The position numbers were made by a program, and so were the translations under genes. From contig NW_021832840.1 in the NCBI RefSeq assembly GCF_006345805.1, positions 31,693-95,692 of the forward strand: a DNA stretch of 64,000 bases, given 5' to 3'. The stretch's first letter is position 1. Each line of letters begins with the position of its first letter. Below, in pieces: positions 1-13,375 of this stretch. Under the pieces are notes generated by a model. The model did not search any database, had not been told where the DNA came from, and worked only from the letters and a program-made list of their open reading frames with translations. The DNA is from Octopus sinensis (Eukaryota).

Positions 1-1225
1 AGCGTCCATCACGCCTAGTATCAGTGTGGAGATATTAGGCTGCCCATTGACAGATGGTGGAATCAAGGATGCTCTTGAAACTAAGGAAATGCTACTGGAA
101 AAGACTTTTGTTCGTCTTAATTTGTTGGACCCACATACAGCCTTCTTCCTGCTCAAAAATTCCCTTGGCATCCAAAAATTAAATCATGTGCTACGAGGGT
201 CACTCTGCTTCTTAGAAAATGATCAACTTCATTCTATTAACGTCCTTTTCCGGAAAACAACTGAACGCATCATAAACATCAAATTCGACGATCAAGGCTG
301 GAAACAAGCTTCCCTTCCTGTCTCCTTTGGAGGTCTTGGCATCCGAAATCCTACCGATGTGTCCCGCCCTGCATTCCTGTCTTCACTGTACAGCAGTCAA
401 ACTCTGGTTCAGAAGATTCTCCATCTCCTCCCCGAATCTTCAATACCTAAGATGACTGCCTACTTTGACAGTTGGAGCGCAAACGAATCGAAGCTGCCGC
501 CGGACTTCTCCTTACAGAAGAGTTATGACAAGATTGTGTGCGAAGGTCGGTTCGAGAGTCTCCTAAAGACATCGAATCAACACCGTAGAGCATGCTTGCT
601 TGCCGGGAGGTCCACGGGGAGTGGAGAATGGTTGGAAGCCTTCCCAATCGGAAGCTTGGGGACTCTCTTGGATTCTGACACACTGCGAGTTGGTATCTGT
701 CTACGTATCGGTCTCAAAGTTTGTTGGACACCACCCTCTTTCCTGTCGAAAAAGCGCTGGTAGATTCCCGAGGCATTCAGCTCTCAACGACGTTATAAGA
801 AGAGCTCTCGATTCAATCGGATTCCCATCAGTGCTGGAACCACCTGGATTGGACCGAGGAGATGGAAAACGCCCAGACGGGATGACTATCTTTCCGTTTT
901 TGGAAGGAAAGCCTCTCGTATGGGATTCAACATGTTCCGACTCCTTGTCCAAGACAAACATGTTGGAAAGTGCCTGCAATGCTGGCACAGCTGCGGATAA
1001 AGCAGAGGACATCAAGAAGAAGAAATATGATGGGCTCACCGATCGTTACGTTTTCTAGCCGGTTGCTGTCGAAACCCTGGGATCGATTGGGAACGAGTCG
1101 TTGTGCTTTCTCAAGAGTATTGCACGTCTCAAGACCTTGAAAACACACAATCCTCTGGAGACGAGATGGCTCCTCCAGAACGTGTCCCAAGCAATAGTGA
1201 GGGGAAACAATGATACATATTAATC
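1..1225 (+). mobile_element. CRE-like non-LTR retrotransposon, 3' part (RT thumb plus restriction-like endonuclease), frameshifted
   Basis: Overlapping ORFs 26-763 and 600-1058: QASLPVSFGGLGIR, RHSALNDVIRRAL, LEPPGLDRGDGKRPDG, LVWDSTCSD. These are the RH..ND, RPD and WD motifs of the RLE. Continues upstream of the window. Confidence 0.85.
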
Positions 1226-2969
1226 TTTACTTATCAAATAAAGTTGTCTGAATGTCATTTTTATTTGTTTTTTATCAGTCAAATGTAGACAGATGAATTG
1301 GATTCTAGTACTGCTATTTGTTACTGTTTTTTTCTAAATAACGTTCAATATGTAAAGTTTCTTATAACTTTCAATTTACCTATTTTTATTATAATTTTGA
1401 CACAAAAAATTCTAGAACTCCGGCATTCTCAACTAGATCAAAGCGCTTATCCATTCACAGCATGTAATTACCAAGTATATTGTCAAAAAATAATAATCGT
1501 GTTCATCAAAAAAACAAGATAAAAAGAAAAAACTTTTTAAAACTCTTTCCTGAGGATTTTACTTCCAAGGATTTAGGAAATTTTAGGTCTTTGATATCTT
1601 TAGACTCACATGACCGAGATTTCAATATGTACTATGGAATCATTATTTGCTTTTTGAAATTGTTTTGCTTTTATTTCTTTTACCTAAACATAAATAAAAT
1701 CTAATTATAGATAAATAAAACTTGTCAATTCCAGCTGACTCAATCAATTACAAACCTTTAAATTGGCTAGCCGACTTAAAAACTAATTAAAAATTGATTT
1801 TTACAGTTTAAAACATTGATTGTTTGATTTTTTCTCTGTTATATGATTTCTATCTACACAGCCTGTACTTCGCGTTTAGTTATTTTAATACAAAAAATAT
1901 CTAATCTGAGCACAATCTATTTGTTTTTTTAGATTTTACATTAGGTGCTTTAGATGAATCACATTGCAGTCTAATTGAGTTCGAGATGTATTTTGAAATG
2001 CCAGTACTGACTAGTATTTATTTTAAAAAAGTACCTAATTAATAGTACTTGTGATTATTATCAAAAATGCAATGTATTCCTCACATATGTCGTTAAATCG
2101 ATGACCGTAACCGTAAAAAGACAATAAAATTTAGTTTGCGACGCCTAACAATTCATTCATGCCTTTCTCGGTCACAAATTCTTTTACAAACTCAGCAAAT
2201 TGTGACAATTTAAACTCAAAACTCAAACCTAAGGAATATAAAATTTTGTTTTGCCCAGGTGGGATCTCCTTAAAGGTACTACAATTTTCCTAATTGGCAT
2301 ATTTTAATACAAAATTTGGAAGAAATTAAGTTTTATCTGTAATTTGTACTATAAAGCTCTTTGTTATTAAATGTTCAAATTTATGTTTTTTTAACAATAA
2401 TGCGACTTTTATCTGGGCTATTAATCATATATCAAAGTTAGTCAGACAATAAATAATCGAATTTAATGCTAATTCGTTTTATTATAAAGTATCATAATTG
2501 GTTGGATTTGGGAAATGTGTTATCTGGTGAGAGTATTTCAAATGTGGTTAGTCATCTGAAATCTTCAAAGGTTTGCCGATTGATTTAAATTCTTAGAAAA
2601 GTGAGAATGCCAAAAATGTGACTTTGATATTGTCAGATCAAGCGATCGAAATTTATGATAGATTTTTTAAAGTTAAATAATAAATTTAATTCTGACAGAA
2701 ATGTTATCTTCGACTTTTTTTCCAAAATATTTCTTTTGTCATCTGCGCTACACACGAAAAAAAGGTTGCAATCATTGAAAAAAGCCAATTACAAAAAACA
2801 CATTTTCACAGTTTTGCTCATATTTTATCTACGGAAAAACAAGAAGAGGTTGTGTTCACAGCATGTGCCTGTGTAGTCTGTATTTAATTCTAAAAATTAC
2901 TAATTAGTAACATTTGGTACTTTGTTATAATTAAATTCTAATTATAGACAAATCTAATTATTTTTAGAC

Positions 2970-3848
2970 ACTTTTGCTAAATGATACGCTCCAGGCCATT
3001 ATTGAAAAAAGCGATCAAAGTGCTGGACAAAATAACGTAATTGTTGATAAATATAACAATTAGAGTCTCAAATCCAAAGACACGTGTGGTCCTCGGAGTA
3101 TTGCAAGTGATTTGGCCGAAAATCTAACACCGTAAGATTATAAATAACACATTTGTAGTAGTTCTTCTTATTCACTGAAGAAGTATATGCAAGAACATTC
3201 AACATTTCTCAGAACCAGACAAAAAATTAAATCAGTAGTAAAATCTGACTTGCAAACTGATGCAGAGGCATTTGTTTTTGTTCCTATGGTATACAATCCA
3301 GAATATTTTTCGTAGAAAACGGATGATTGTCGTCCGACTCATTTCTCCCCTTCCGTTCAAAAAATTAAAAATTTCACGAGACATGGTGAAAGTAATTTTC
3401 AAAATTTGTCAATATTTAAGAATATAAAAACGATAGTGGAATTGGTACAAGTTTTTGCAGTTTTAAAAATGAACAAAAAGACGTAACTGCGATCAATCCG
3501 CTGACTGATTTTACTAGTTGGAACCACCCCGAGTTCACTCGGTGTAATTTTTTCATTTTTGATTCCCAGAGAAGACGCCGAAAAACATTTGGTCTTTCGT
3601 CGAGTTGGATGTTTTATCATAAGAAATTCAACTACATGGAAAGGCTGTTTTGTTATGTCTGTGCTACAATGTGAGGAGCATCAGACAGTTGGCCACTACC
3701 TTATCAAAAAAGACCGGCATGGAAGAGTTTATTTTGACGTATAGTTGTTCTGATATTATTTTAGGGACACCAAGAAACATGGGAAAATATAGAAACTCTT
3801 GTAGCGAGCCTACAAATTCCACTTATAAGATTTTTTAGATCAGATTAA
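2970..3848 (+). CDS. Multi-exon gene with C-terminal SH2 domain (5' extent uncertain)
   Basis: Splicing a 28-nt intron (3542-3569) and a 26-nt intron gives WNHPEFTREDAEKHLVFRRVGCFIIRNSTTWKGCFVMSV...GHYLIKKDRHGRVYFDGHQETWENIETLV, which fits SH2 (W-x-H..TREEAE, FxxR-x-S, HYLI). Upstream exons splice in frame with 27-35 nt GT-AG introns. Stop at 3846-3848. Confidence 0.75.
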
Positions 3849-4030
3849 TAATTTTTTATAAATTCATATTCTTTAATAAATATTTCTTTTTTATATTTCT
3901 ATCCTCATTTACACCTTTCTATAATTAGCAACAAATTTATGTTCCTAAATATTAGTTTATAAAAAAAATCATTCAGTTTTTAAAATTTTATTTTTTATAA
4001 ACATTTCTAGTTTCTACAGTAATTGGTTAA

Positions 4031-4789
4031 ATGTCTGATGACGACGCATTCCCAAATATATCTATTCCCACTCCACACTTTCTAGATTCGCCATATTTTG
4101 AAGAATCGTTTGAAAATGAAAGCAGTGATACTCTTCTTGAACTTTCATCAGCTCTCTCTTCAGAAGAAATCCCCATTGAGCATTTACCAAGTCCACAGCC
4201 ACAATTGGAAATGATAAAAGACCATTCCACGATTCTTTCTACAACAAGCTTTGATTCGACTGCAAAAACTGAAATAGATTTACCTCCAGAAGATCTTTTG
4301 ATCAATCCCCAGTCCAACGCAATATCCCTTCTAATAAAAAACGAGATTAATAAACTCGAAAACAACTCAGAATACATCGAAATTACTAAATCAGTTGAAC
4401 AGCTCATAGATCAGAAAGTAATTTTTATTTTTTAAAAATAGGCATCCACATGTCTTAACCTAAGAGGTCCCCGTTACTCTAACCTGACTAAAATTGAAGT
4501 CTCCTCTCTGGAAGTTTTAGACAATGAAAAACAAAATAAATTCAATTTCAAAAACTCAAATTCAGTAAGTTGTTAACTTTTGTAAATAAAATTTATATTT
4601 TGATTATTAAAATTAATTTAGAATCGTGAAAAAATCGCGGAACCAGGTTTAATGGATTTTTTCAGTGAAGATTTTCAATTCCGTGAGTTAGCTGATCCTC
4701 ACGTACAACTAGTTAAGGCTGAACCAAAACAAAAAAATTGCACAATTTCAAATTTGACAATGATTTATAAACACTTCAATAATTTTTAG
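4031..4789 (+). CDS. Hypothetical acidic, low-complexity protein, 3 exons
   Basis: ORF 4031-4435 continues in frame after GT-AG introns (gtaatttttattttttaaaaatag and a longer AT-rich intron). No domain recognised. Confidence 0.5.
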
Positions 4790-4859
4790 TAATTTTTTAA
4801 ATATTTTTGTTCTATTTTTTTAACAAATCAACAATTAGTGGAAGTTATAGATTATCACG

Positions 4860-4990
4860 GAAGATGTAAATGTGAGGATTTTTTTCTATTTAAAGTAATT
4901 TTGATATTTCATGTTTGTGTGTTTTTGTTTAAAATTAACGAATCATCTATTCTAACGGTAAAAGATTTCGATTTTTTTCATAATTTTGTA
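4860..4990 (+). repeat. Dispersed AT-rich repeat family, class unknown
   Basis: Motif attttgatatttcatgtttgtgtgtttttg...aaaattaacgaatc recurs at about 7030-7140 and 7430-7610, and in reverse at about 19990-20230, 22380-22700 and 51830-52030. Confidence 0.6.
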
Positions 4991-4991
4991 A

Positions 4992-6600
4992 CCCTTGCCT
5001 TCTAGTCAAACTGGACCTGATTAACGCCTTTAACAGCGTTCGTCGGGACGTAATATTTGAATCTATTATCCGGAGTTCACCTTTTATTGCCCGCCTGGTC
5101 GCTTTGTCCTACGGTCGCCCCAGCCTCCTTATCGCTGGCGATCATTCAATCTCGTCCTGCAACGGTTTCCAACAAGGCGACCCTCTGGGTCCTCTTCTCT
5201 TTGCCCTGGCAATTGATCCAGTTGCCAGAAGTGTATCCTCCCTTTTCAATGCGTGGTATTTGGACGATGCCACTATCGGAGGTACTCTCGAATCCGTTCT
5301 TGCCGACCTGAGAGTTTTAATCCCTGCATTACACGCAACCCTAACCTCGAAATCAATCCCCCAATCTTTAACATCAGTTATGATGCCCACCGTTTCTCCG
5401 TTGTCCATGGTTCTATAGAGTCATTACTTCCCAACATCCATGTCACCTCGCCCAGCAATCTCAAGATTTTGGGTTCCCCGATTTTTAACACCGATGTCGT
5501 TTCGACATTGTCAGAAAAGACATCAAACCTTGTGTCAATGTCCCGTAATCTTGGTATCATCGACTCCCGTTCGGCCCTGTTTCTATTGAGGAACTGTTTC
5601 GCCATTCCCAAACTATTGTTTACACTTAGAAGGGCTCCATGGTTTGCCAGTCCCGAGAGCCTCTCCAGATTAGACCATGCTCTCAGGACTTGCTTCGAAT
5701 CAATATGTAATGCCCCCTTTGACGATCTTGGCTGGGAACAGCCAACGCTCCCCATCAGTCGCGACAGCATCGGTGTGCGCTCAACCACTGACCTTTCTTT
5801 GCTAGCATTTCTTTCTTCTACACATGCCACGAGCACCCTTGTCCATGAGATTCTCCAACCCGTTACCAAATCTTCTATGGACTCAGAGTCAGTCGCCACA
5901 GAAAGTCGCTGGCTTGGGTTGTCTCTTGAGCTTCCGCAGAATACACACGCACAGGACGAATGAGACAGGATTCTCTGTGATCAGAAGTCGAACAACCTCA
6001 TCAAACCTAAGCTTAACCAACATCGCTTGCCCTGTTTATTGGCTGCCTCGCAACCATATTCGGGGGCTTTGTTGACCGCCATCCCAATGGGATCTATTGG
6101 AAACTTATTGAACGACGATTGCCTGAGGATCGGCGTCTCATTGCGCCTGGGACTAAACGTATGCAGAGAACACCGGTACCGCTGAGGATCGACCGTTGAC
6201 CCATTTGGATTGCACCCATTATCGTGCCAGAGAAGCTCCGGACGCTTTCCCCGACACACTGCCCTGAACGACATAGTTAAGCGGACCCTTGAAACTGCCG
6301 GATTCCCAACACAGTTGGAACCGGTCGGCCTGGTTCGGGAGGATGGTAAACGTCCTGACGGCCTAACGACTTTCTCTTTCGAAAATGGCAAGTCGCTCAT
6401 CTGGGACGCAACTTGCACGGACACCTTCTCCGCAGAAAACATCTTTACGTCAGCCGCAGAGCCGGGCTCCGCAGCTAGCCTGGCCGAAACGCTAAAAATC
6501 AAGAAATACAAAACGCATATCGCTTTTCCAACGCATATCAATAGCCATCTTGCGTGGGAATTGCCATTCAATCTTATCCTCTGCTGTTAATTAAATACTA
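4992..6600 (+). mobile_element. CRE-like non-LTR retrotransposon, 5'-truncated, frameshifts and stops
   Basis: KLDLINAFNSVRRD, GFQQGDPLGPLLFALAI, WYLDDATIGG, then RHTALNDIVKR, GKRPDG, LIWDATCTD. Same family as 28200-29347. Confidence 0.9.
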
Positions 6601-6734
6601 AATAACAGATTCTTTAATAGTAATTTGAACAAAAAATTATTAATGAAAAAAAATTGCAAAACTCTTCTAAAAGGGCAGAATATTTCAATTTATTATAATT
6701 TTTTTTTCATAAAAAAATCAATTATTAATTAGCG

Positions 6735-6970
6735 TTATGTGCCAGCGGCAAGGACGCTTTGTGCTTTGCCGCGAACGATTACCAGACCGATGCGCTGGCG
6801 GAACGAGAGGCCCTCTCTCTGGTCCTTAAGTCTCCTCCCAATGGACTGCCCGACCTCGTTGAGGAACGATTCGGTATCCTTTCCCGCGGGTCCAGCAGTC
6901 TCCAAGGCGATTGGTGTAAAACGGTAGCGGTCCGCGAGAGAAAACTATTTTTGTAGTTTTATCTTTTCGG
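6735..6970 (-). mobile_element. CRE-like RLE 3' fragment
   Basis: Near-identical to 38300-38530. The minus strand encodes the RLE C-terminus (RERASRSASASVW in the alternate frame; WFRQRIGL..VRG..). Confidence 0.7.
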
Positions 6971-7009
6971 CGTAGTTTCATATTATTAAAACCAAAAAGA
7001 ATAAAATTG

Positions 7010-7700
7010 AAATGTGAGAATTTTTTGTTTAAAATAATTTTGATATTTTATGTTTGTGTATTTTTGTTATAAAATTAACGAATCTTCTCTTCTAACGATT
7101 TAATAGTAATTTGAAAAAAAAATTTATTAAGGAAAAAAAATTGTAAGATGATTAGGTATGGACGCGGCCTTGTCGGCACCCACACGTGGCAATTTAACAT
7201 GCTTTGGGATTATAAGTACTACTCTTTCACATTTTCAGGACGGAAACCCAAAACGTTAACTGCATCAACTTCCTCCAAAACCAAAAACTCGACATTTTTA
7301 TGCACAAAAAACACGGAATAGATCCAACGAAATTTGGAACGCTGATAATCAGTTCTGGCCTTGTTCTCAACCAAAGAAACGTTTTTATCGGATTTCACTG
7401 GTACCCATTTTATTGTAAGATATTGATTTTTCCATAAAATTAATGAATCATCTCTTTTAACGATGAAAGATATTGATTTTTCCATAATTTTGATCCCTGA
7501 ATTAATTGTAGGATCTTGAGGGTGGGTAATGTATAGCTGATGTAAATGTAGGAATTTATGTTTAAAGAAATTTTGATATTTTCTGTTTGTCTGTTTTTTG
7601 ATAAAATTATGTATTGAAAAATGAAAATTGTTTTGTTAGAACTATTCTTTTATTTTGGAAATGTTTCAATATTTGATATTTTTATTTTCTGGAAATACAA
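7010..7700 (+). repeat. Further copies of the dispersed AT-rich repeat
   Basis: Repeats of the 4860-4990 motif; internal duplication gatattgatttttccataa. Confidence 0.5.
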
Positions 7701-8238
7701 GTTTCTCAAATCCGTTTATATATATCATCTAAACTAAAAATCGATGAACGCTGTTTTGTCTAAATTAAATTTTTCTTATTACTTCCTTCCTATTTATATA
7801 CAATCTATAAATAACAAATAAACTGCAGTTTAATTAAATTTTAATTAATTCGGACTAAAATGTAAAACTGCATTAATTATGATCCACCATTATTAACTAG
7901 CAATTTTTTTATCAATTATTTATCCAAAACTATTTAAAATAGTGAAACCACTTTACAATAAAAGTTTTAAAAGCTATTTATAGCAATTCTATGGAAGATT
8001 TTCTTTCTATATGGGTGAATAGAGATGATTATGGGAATTTTTTATTACTGTATAAAGATTACTGTATTAACTCAACATTTAAATTTAATGTAAAATTATA
8101 CTTGTTTCCCAAAAAATTTGGGCTGTTCAACAAAAGCATAAAGCCTCTAAAACCGATGTTTATAGTCTGTTTATCCAAATATGAAGGATTGACTAATATA
8201 TACAGTCTGCAAAGAGATAAAACAATTTTTTAAATAAT

Positions 8239-10511
8239 TTAATGCAACAAATCATGGAAGGTGACCCCCACATTCGTGCTCAACTCAATATTCTCAGGGT
8301 ATACAAACAATCCGTGATTGGGTGGGCAATGAAAGTAAACAATTCCATCGACCACCCCGTCGGTATCCCCCTTCTCACTCTCCAACTCAATTCCCACCCG
8401 ACATTGATCCCCCTCATGTGTCCTCCCCACATATCGAACAATTCCACGCAATCCCCCATTCTTCAGTTGGACATATCGACCACTCGTCAACCACCAAGGC
8501 AAAGATGTACACTCCCCCTCCTCTCCCTGATCTGACCATACATCTCCCAATTCATCCAACCCTCCCAAAGCGTCCTCTTCACTCTCTTCAGGAGAAGGAG
8601 GGACAATAGGAGCAACAGTAGGGGGACTGGGTTGTTCTACCGGCTGACTCGGAGTTGTTGGTTGGAATGAGGAAGTAATACTTTTGCAGAATGAACCAAG
8701 ACGGTTGATGAGAGTAGAAGAGAATGTGTGGAGTGGGGAGTTCTGAGGGGTTTCTGCTTGTCTTATCTACAAATAAGAGGACAGGTCAACCTGATATTGT
8801 TTGTCCTGTTGGACTAGGTCGATCACGGATTGTAAAGTTAAACATTCGTGGGGAAGACTTCTCCCTCCATTCAATTGAAGGAAGAAACCCAAGAATGCTT
8901 GTTGGGGAAAGGAGTACTAAAATATCCCCAAAATAATACTCGAGGAATGCTAAATTCAACAATATTTCCCCATTTTTGAAACAGCGGGCACATCAAAGAA
9001 TGGAAGTAAGTCGAATGGATTATTCCCACATCAAGTGTCACGTTTTCTCCATAGAAAGGAGACTCCCACTTGACCGATTTAAGCTGAGATAAAAGAGGAG
9101 TGTTACTGTAAAAATATTGCCGAGGTAGTTGTCCCACCGGTCGAAAGTATGGTCGTCCCGTTTAATTGAGATGTGGCAGTGACCCAAAGGCATTCCACAA
9201 TGGCCAATGACCTGTGCAGAGAGACTGTCCCTCTCGTACAGACAATCGGCGAAAATTAAGCATGTCCCAAACACCTTCTGACACAATTGGGGTATCAATC
9301 CAAGAGGAATGGACTGTCCGGGAGTCCAACCGACATAGGGTGGTGGAATACATTTGGAAAACGAAGAAAGTCTTAATAATAGGCGAGTAAAATATTCAGG
9401 AAGTGACTGGAGAGGAATCGGGAGGTATTCAAGCATATCAGCATAACTGAGGGGCTCATCCACACAGAAAAAATGCTGATCAGCAATAGAAAGGACATCC
9501 CCACGGCGAAGAGGAGTGGGGGAGGAAATAGGCCTCTTATTAATAGTGATATAACTAATGTGCCCAGACAAAACTACCCGAATGACTCCACCATCAGTCC
9601 CTCTTCACAATATATTCGACAATGGGGGGACTCGATCCCCTTCCCTCCCAAAAAAAGAGTGTGTGCTGAGTATGGGACTTGTTCTCCGGTAGGGTAAACC
9701 AACAAATATGTCTGGGAGTAAAAAAGAGACCATACGTCGATTTGAAGAAAAGATTCACTAGAAAATGGGAAGAGACAATGAGGAGTGTGTCTCCTTTCTG
9801 GAAGGACGATGTGTCGATAAGAGTAGTACCGAGTTCTGTCGAGAGAAGGGGAATGGATGATTTGGTTATCTCGCAAAAGAACTGTCCATGACCACTTTCC
9901 CGAAAAACAGCGGACATTTCTCATAAGAATATTCCCAAAAAGAGTCTAGAATATAATTTTAATGATACCCTCCACACTTTTCTCAACTCGACAGTCACCT
10001 GCAAGTGACGAATAGCCCTCCCTACATCGCCCAACATACACTCCTCCTTCCTGATCAAGCCTTCCATCACCTCAATTTCAGACATTCTCAACAATGTCAC
10101 TTTCGGAGAGGACGTGGCCACTGACTGGAGTAGACTAGGAATTATACTTTGTGACTAATTGTCCGATGTAGAGTTATCACTGTGGTTATGTTCACCACTC
10201 CACTCTCCATCAAAAACATTCCTTTCCTCCACTCAATGTGACTCATTATGTCACCCCACGTGTCAGAATCCACAGAGACTGTACCTCGACTGTCATTGCG
10301 AGTGCCGAGCATGTCGATTAGTTTGTGTTCTTGAGAAGTGATTCCACAACAAGACAGTTCAACATGTCCACCCACTGTAGTAAGCAGACGTTTGGCTGTA
10401 TTATCAAATACAGTTCTTTGAGTTGTATCTAGACTGTCAATATGCGCAACCACCGTTTATGAGTAGTATCACGTCCTCCTCCTTCCACAATTTTGCTGAC
10501 AATTGTTCCAT
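8239..10511 (-). CDS. KIF13: KIF13/Khc-73-like kinesin-3 (degenerate motor, FHA, KIF13 stalk, CAP-Gly), about 10 short introns; start uncertain (10511 or 10564)
   Basis: FHA: LGGKGIESPHCRI...YITINKRPISSPTPLRRGDVLSIADQHFFCVDEP. Stalk: VFGTCLIFADCLY...IGHCGMPLGHCHISI, resembling KIF13 LIGVANVFLECLF...IISQQGEVAGRLHVEV. C-terminal CAP-Gly: GIVRYVGRTHEGDQCRVGIELESEKGDTDGVVDGIVYFHCPPNHGLFV. Exons join in frame via 23-24 nt introns (e.g. 9946-9968, 8917-8939). Confidence 0.75.
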
Positions 10512-10879
10512 CACATGAACAGATATTTCAATAACGACTATTTATTGTATATAAATTTTTTCATTAAAATTTTATTGTTCAACAAAAGTTAAGGAAAAAT
10601 CATTTTTGTGCAAAAATATTGGTTTATAGTCGTTGATTTTTGCATGCTCGTCTTAATCGCGGAATGCCGGGTATGCGACCGAAATATTATGTATAAATAA
10701 AAATATTTTTTCAAAAAGAAAGTTTAATAATTAATAAAAACACCCCTAGTTAATTAGATTCGATAAGCATTAATGCATTCTTTTATTCTATTCAAGATAA
10801 TTAAACTGCAATTGTTTTGTTATTTATAAATTGAATATCAGCAGGAAGTCTATAAAAGTAAGAAATCGAATTAATTTAA

Positions 10880-12540
10880 TCAAATGACCTTACATTCCAG
10901 ATACCTTCATTCCGTGGTTTTGTTCAATTACATTCTCTCAGGAGTCTTTTTCAGCACAAATGATTGGATGTGTATCTTTGCTGCTTTTCTAATCAATTGA
11001 ATTATCTGTAATTGAGAGTCGTATAGAAACAAAAGCACACTTTTCATCAAACCATACTTTTGATAGTTTTCAAATTCCACCTACTTGAAGCAATCTTGTA
11101 AAGTACTATGCACTTAACTCCTTGGCTCCTCCTGTCTGAAGAACTATATCTTTCCAAATTTCTTTAAAATGACATGCATCGATAAAGTTATTAAGCACCA
11201 CTCATGGCTGTTAACTCAGTCGGCGGATATAAAAAGAAAACTTTGACAATCTCAAATGGAGTCTAACAATACTGAATGATTCATCGAGAAACACGAGGAC
11301 CCTCTCAGGGTGACGGATAGGCCTACGTCGCCGAATTTAACACTTTGCTCTTTATCACTTTCACTTAATGCTGATTGGTAAGTCTTTTACAAAACAAGAA
11401 GAGACCACAATCCGCTTTTGTTAGGATCAAAAGGATGTTAACACCAAATGAGTTCCTAATTGATAAAATTAAAATGCTGCAAACTAGCTACGGTTCCAAG
11501 AAATCTAAATTAAAGAATTTTTATCTGGATAACTTCAGCTTTCTGGACAAGGTTATCAGCTACTTTGCGAAAATAATTCTGGAGGCAAAATCAAGGGCTA
11601 TACCCAAACTTCAATTAAATTCTGAGAGTGGTTGATAAAGGTCTGTCTTAGTCAAAAAAAATTATCTTAAGACATTTGATATAAAGTTTTATATCAGCAC
11701 ATTAAATACTTATTTTTTTTATTTAACCCAAGGATCAACAACAGTTAATATCACATAAAAAGTATAAAAATCCGATATATTAGCCTCAAAAAGAAGGCTG
11801 AAAATACGCCCAGCACCTCTCCTTTCCTCGGAAAAAGAAGTAGTGGATACCTTACATTCCACAAAACGACTTATTTTCATGGTCCAGACAAAATCTCGAT
11901 TGGTTTCAAAAACCTAATAGATTCTGTTTCGAGAACTCTGGCCTTATGTGTTCAGCATCAGTAATTCTTTTTCCAACAACATCATATGATTTAAGCCTCG
12001 CATTTCACTCGCTCCAAGCTTCTTGCCAAAAAGAGGCACGAGGAACACATCAAATTCATATGTCTTCATTTCTTTCATTGTAAAATTGAACATTCTTTTT
12101 TTGATTTAAACCAAATCACCGATTACGAAATTTCTTTTTCAAATTTTTATAGATTAGATATAAACAGGAGAAATCGGTAAAGAATACGAACAACAGAAAA
12201 TCCTGGTAAAACTAATAGAGAGAATGTTACAGAACACGGCACAAGGTAGACTTAATTCACTTTATGTTTTCTCGAAAGTGCTCTTAATAATAAATAATTA
12301 ACAGGAAGTAATTTCTAACTATTTAATTAGAGTCGATTAACTATAGTCAACTAAATTATCTAATTATAAGTCCAGATCTTCAGTGATTTTACTTCTTCCC
12401 TTGGAAGAGGAGTTTGCCGCAAATTTCCTTTGCTTTTCCATTTCTGTGTCAAAATTTTTGTTGAGCTGTGTGTCATCGCAAGATTGCAGCTCTGACTTGA
12501 TTGGCGACAAAGGCGTACTTTACGTCGTCTACTTTCATTA
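10880..12540 (-). other. Possible spliced host gene or remnant, unidentified
   Basis: Exon-like composition with GT-AG segments of about 28 nt, but in-frame stops and no recognisable domain. Confidence 0.2.
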
Positions 12541-13375
12541 TTCGTTTGTGTAAAACTAATTTAATTTAGGCTAACAGCGTTTATCGATTTCTAGTTTGAA
12601 ATTAATATACACCCCTCGACATTAAAATCCGGACAATTTATAAATCGTCATTTTTATTATCAAATTTAGAAAAAAATCTTTGAGCATAATATTTTTTTCT
12701 ATATTTTTATATTTAAAAAAAATATATTTAAAAAAGTTTTATAAAACGATATTTAAAAGCATAAAACGTATTTCAGTGGCGTAAAATTCCGGACACTTTT
12801 GCTATTATAGTTAAAAGAGCTAATTTTTTAAAATATTTTAGAAAAAATTAATGGATTCTTTTTGTAAAGGACAAATTATTTCTTATTACCAGCACAATTT
12901 TTCTTATAGGAGAATTTCTGATATCCTCGGAGTTCCGAAATCGATCGTTTTCGATGTTGTTCGAAAATACATAAACTCAGGAACCATTTATAGAAAAAGT
13001 GGGTCTGAAGGACCAACATTACTCAATACAAACGAAATCAAAATATTAGTGGAACTTTCTGAAGCCAATAGTGAAAAATCTGCAAAAGACCTCGCTCTAG
13101 AAATGGAAACCATCACTCAAGAGTAATTTGCCCGCGAACAATTACCCGCAACTTAAATAAGAATGGATTAGTTGGAAGAGTAGCAAAGAAAAAACCATTG
13201 TTAAGTAAAAAAATACTCAAAAGATATAAAATATCGAAAATATTTGTTGGTATGTACATTAGTCTTAGGACACTTGTTTATTTTTAATAAAATTTTATTT
13301 TCGTTAACATAGCTGTTTTTATTTAATTTTTTCCAATAGTATAATAGTTCTCCTAGTTTTCTTTACATCCTAGAT

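Noticed and set aside
1270-2900. Possible spliced gene
   Set aside because: Candidate splice sites exist, but I could not build a stop-free frame or recognise a domain.
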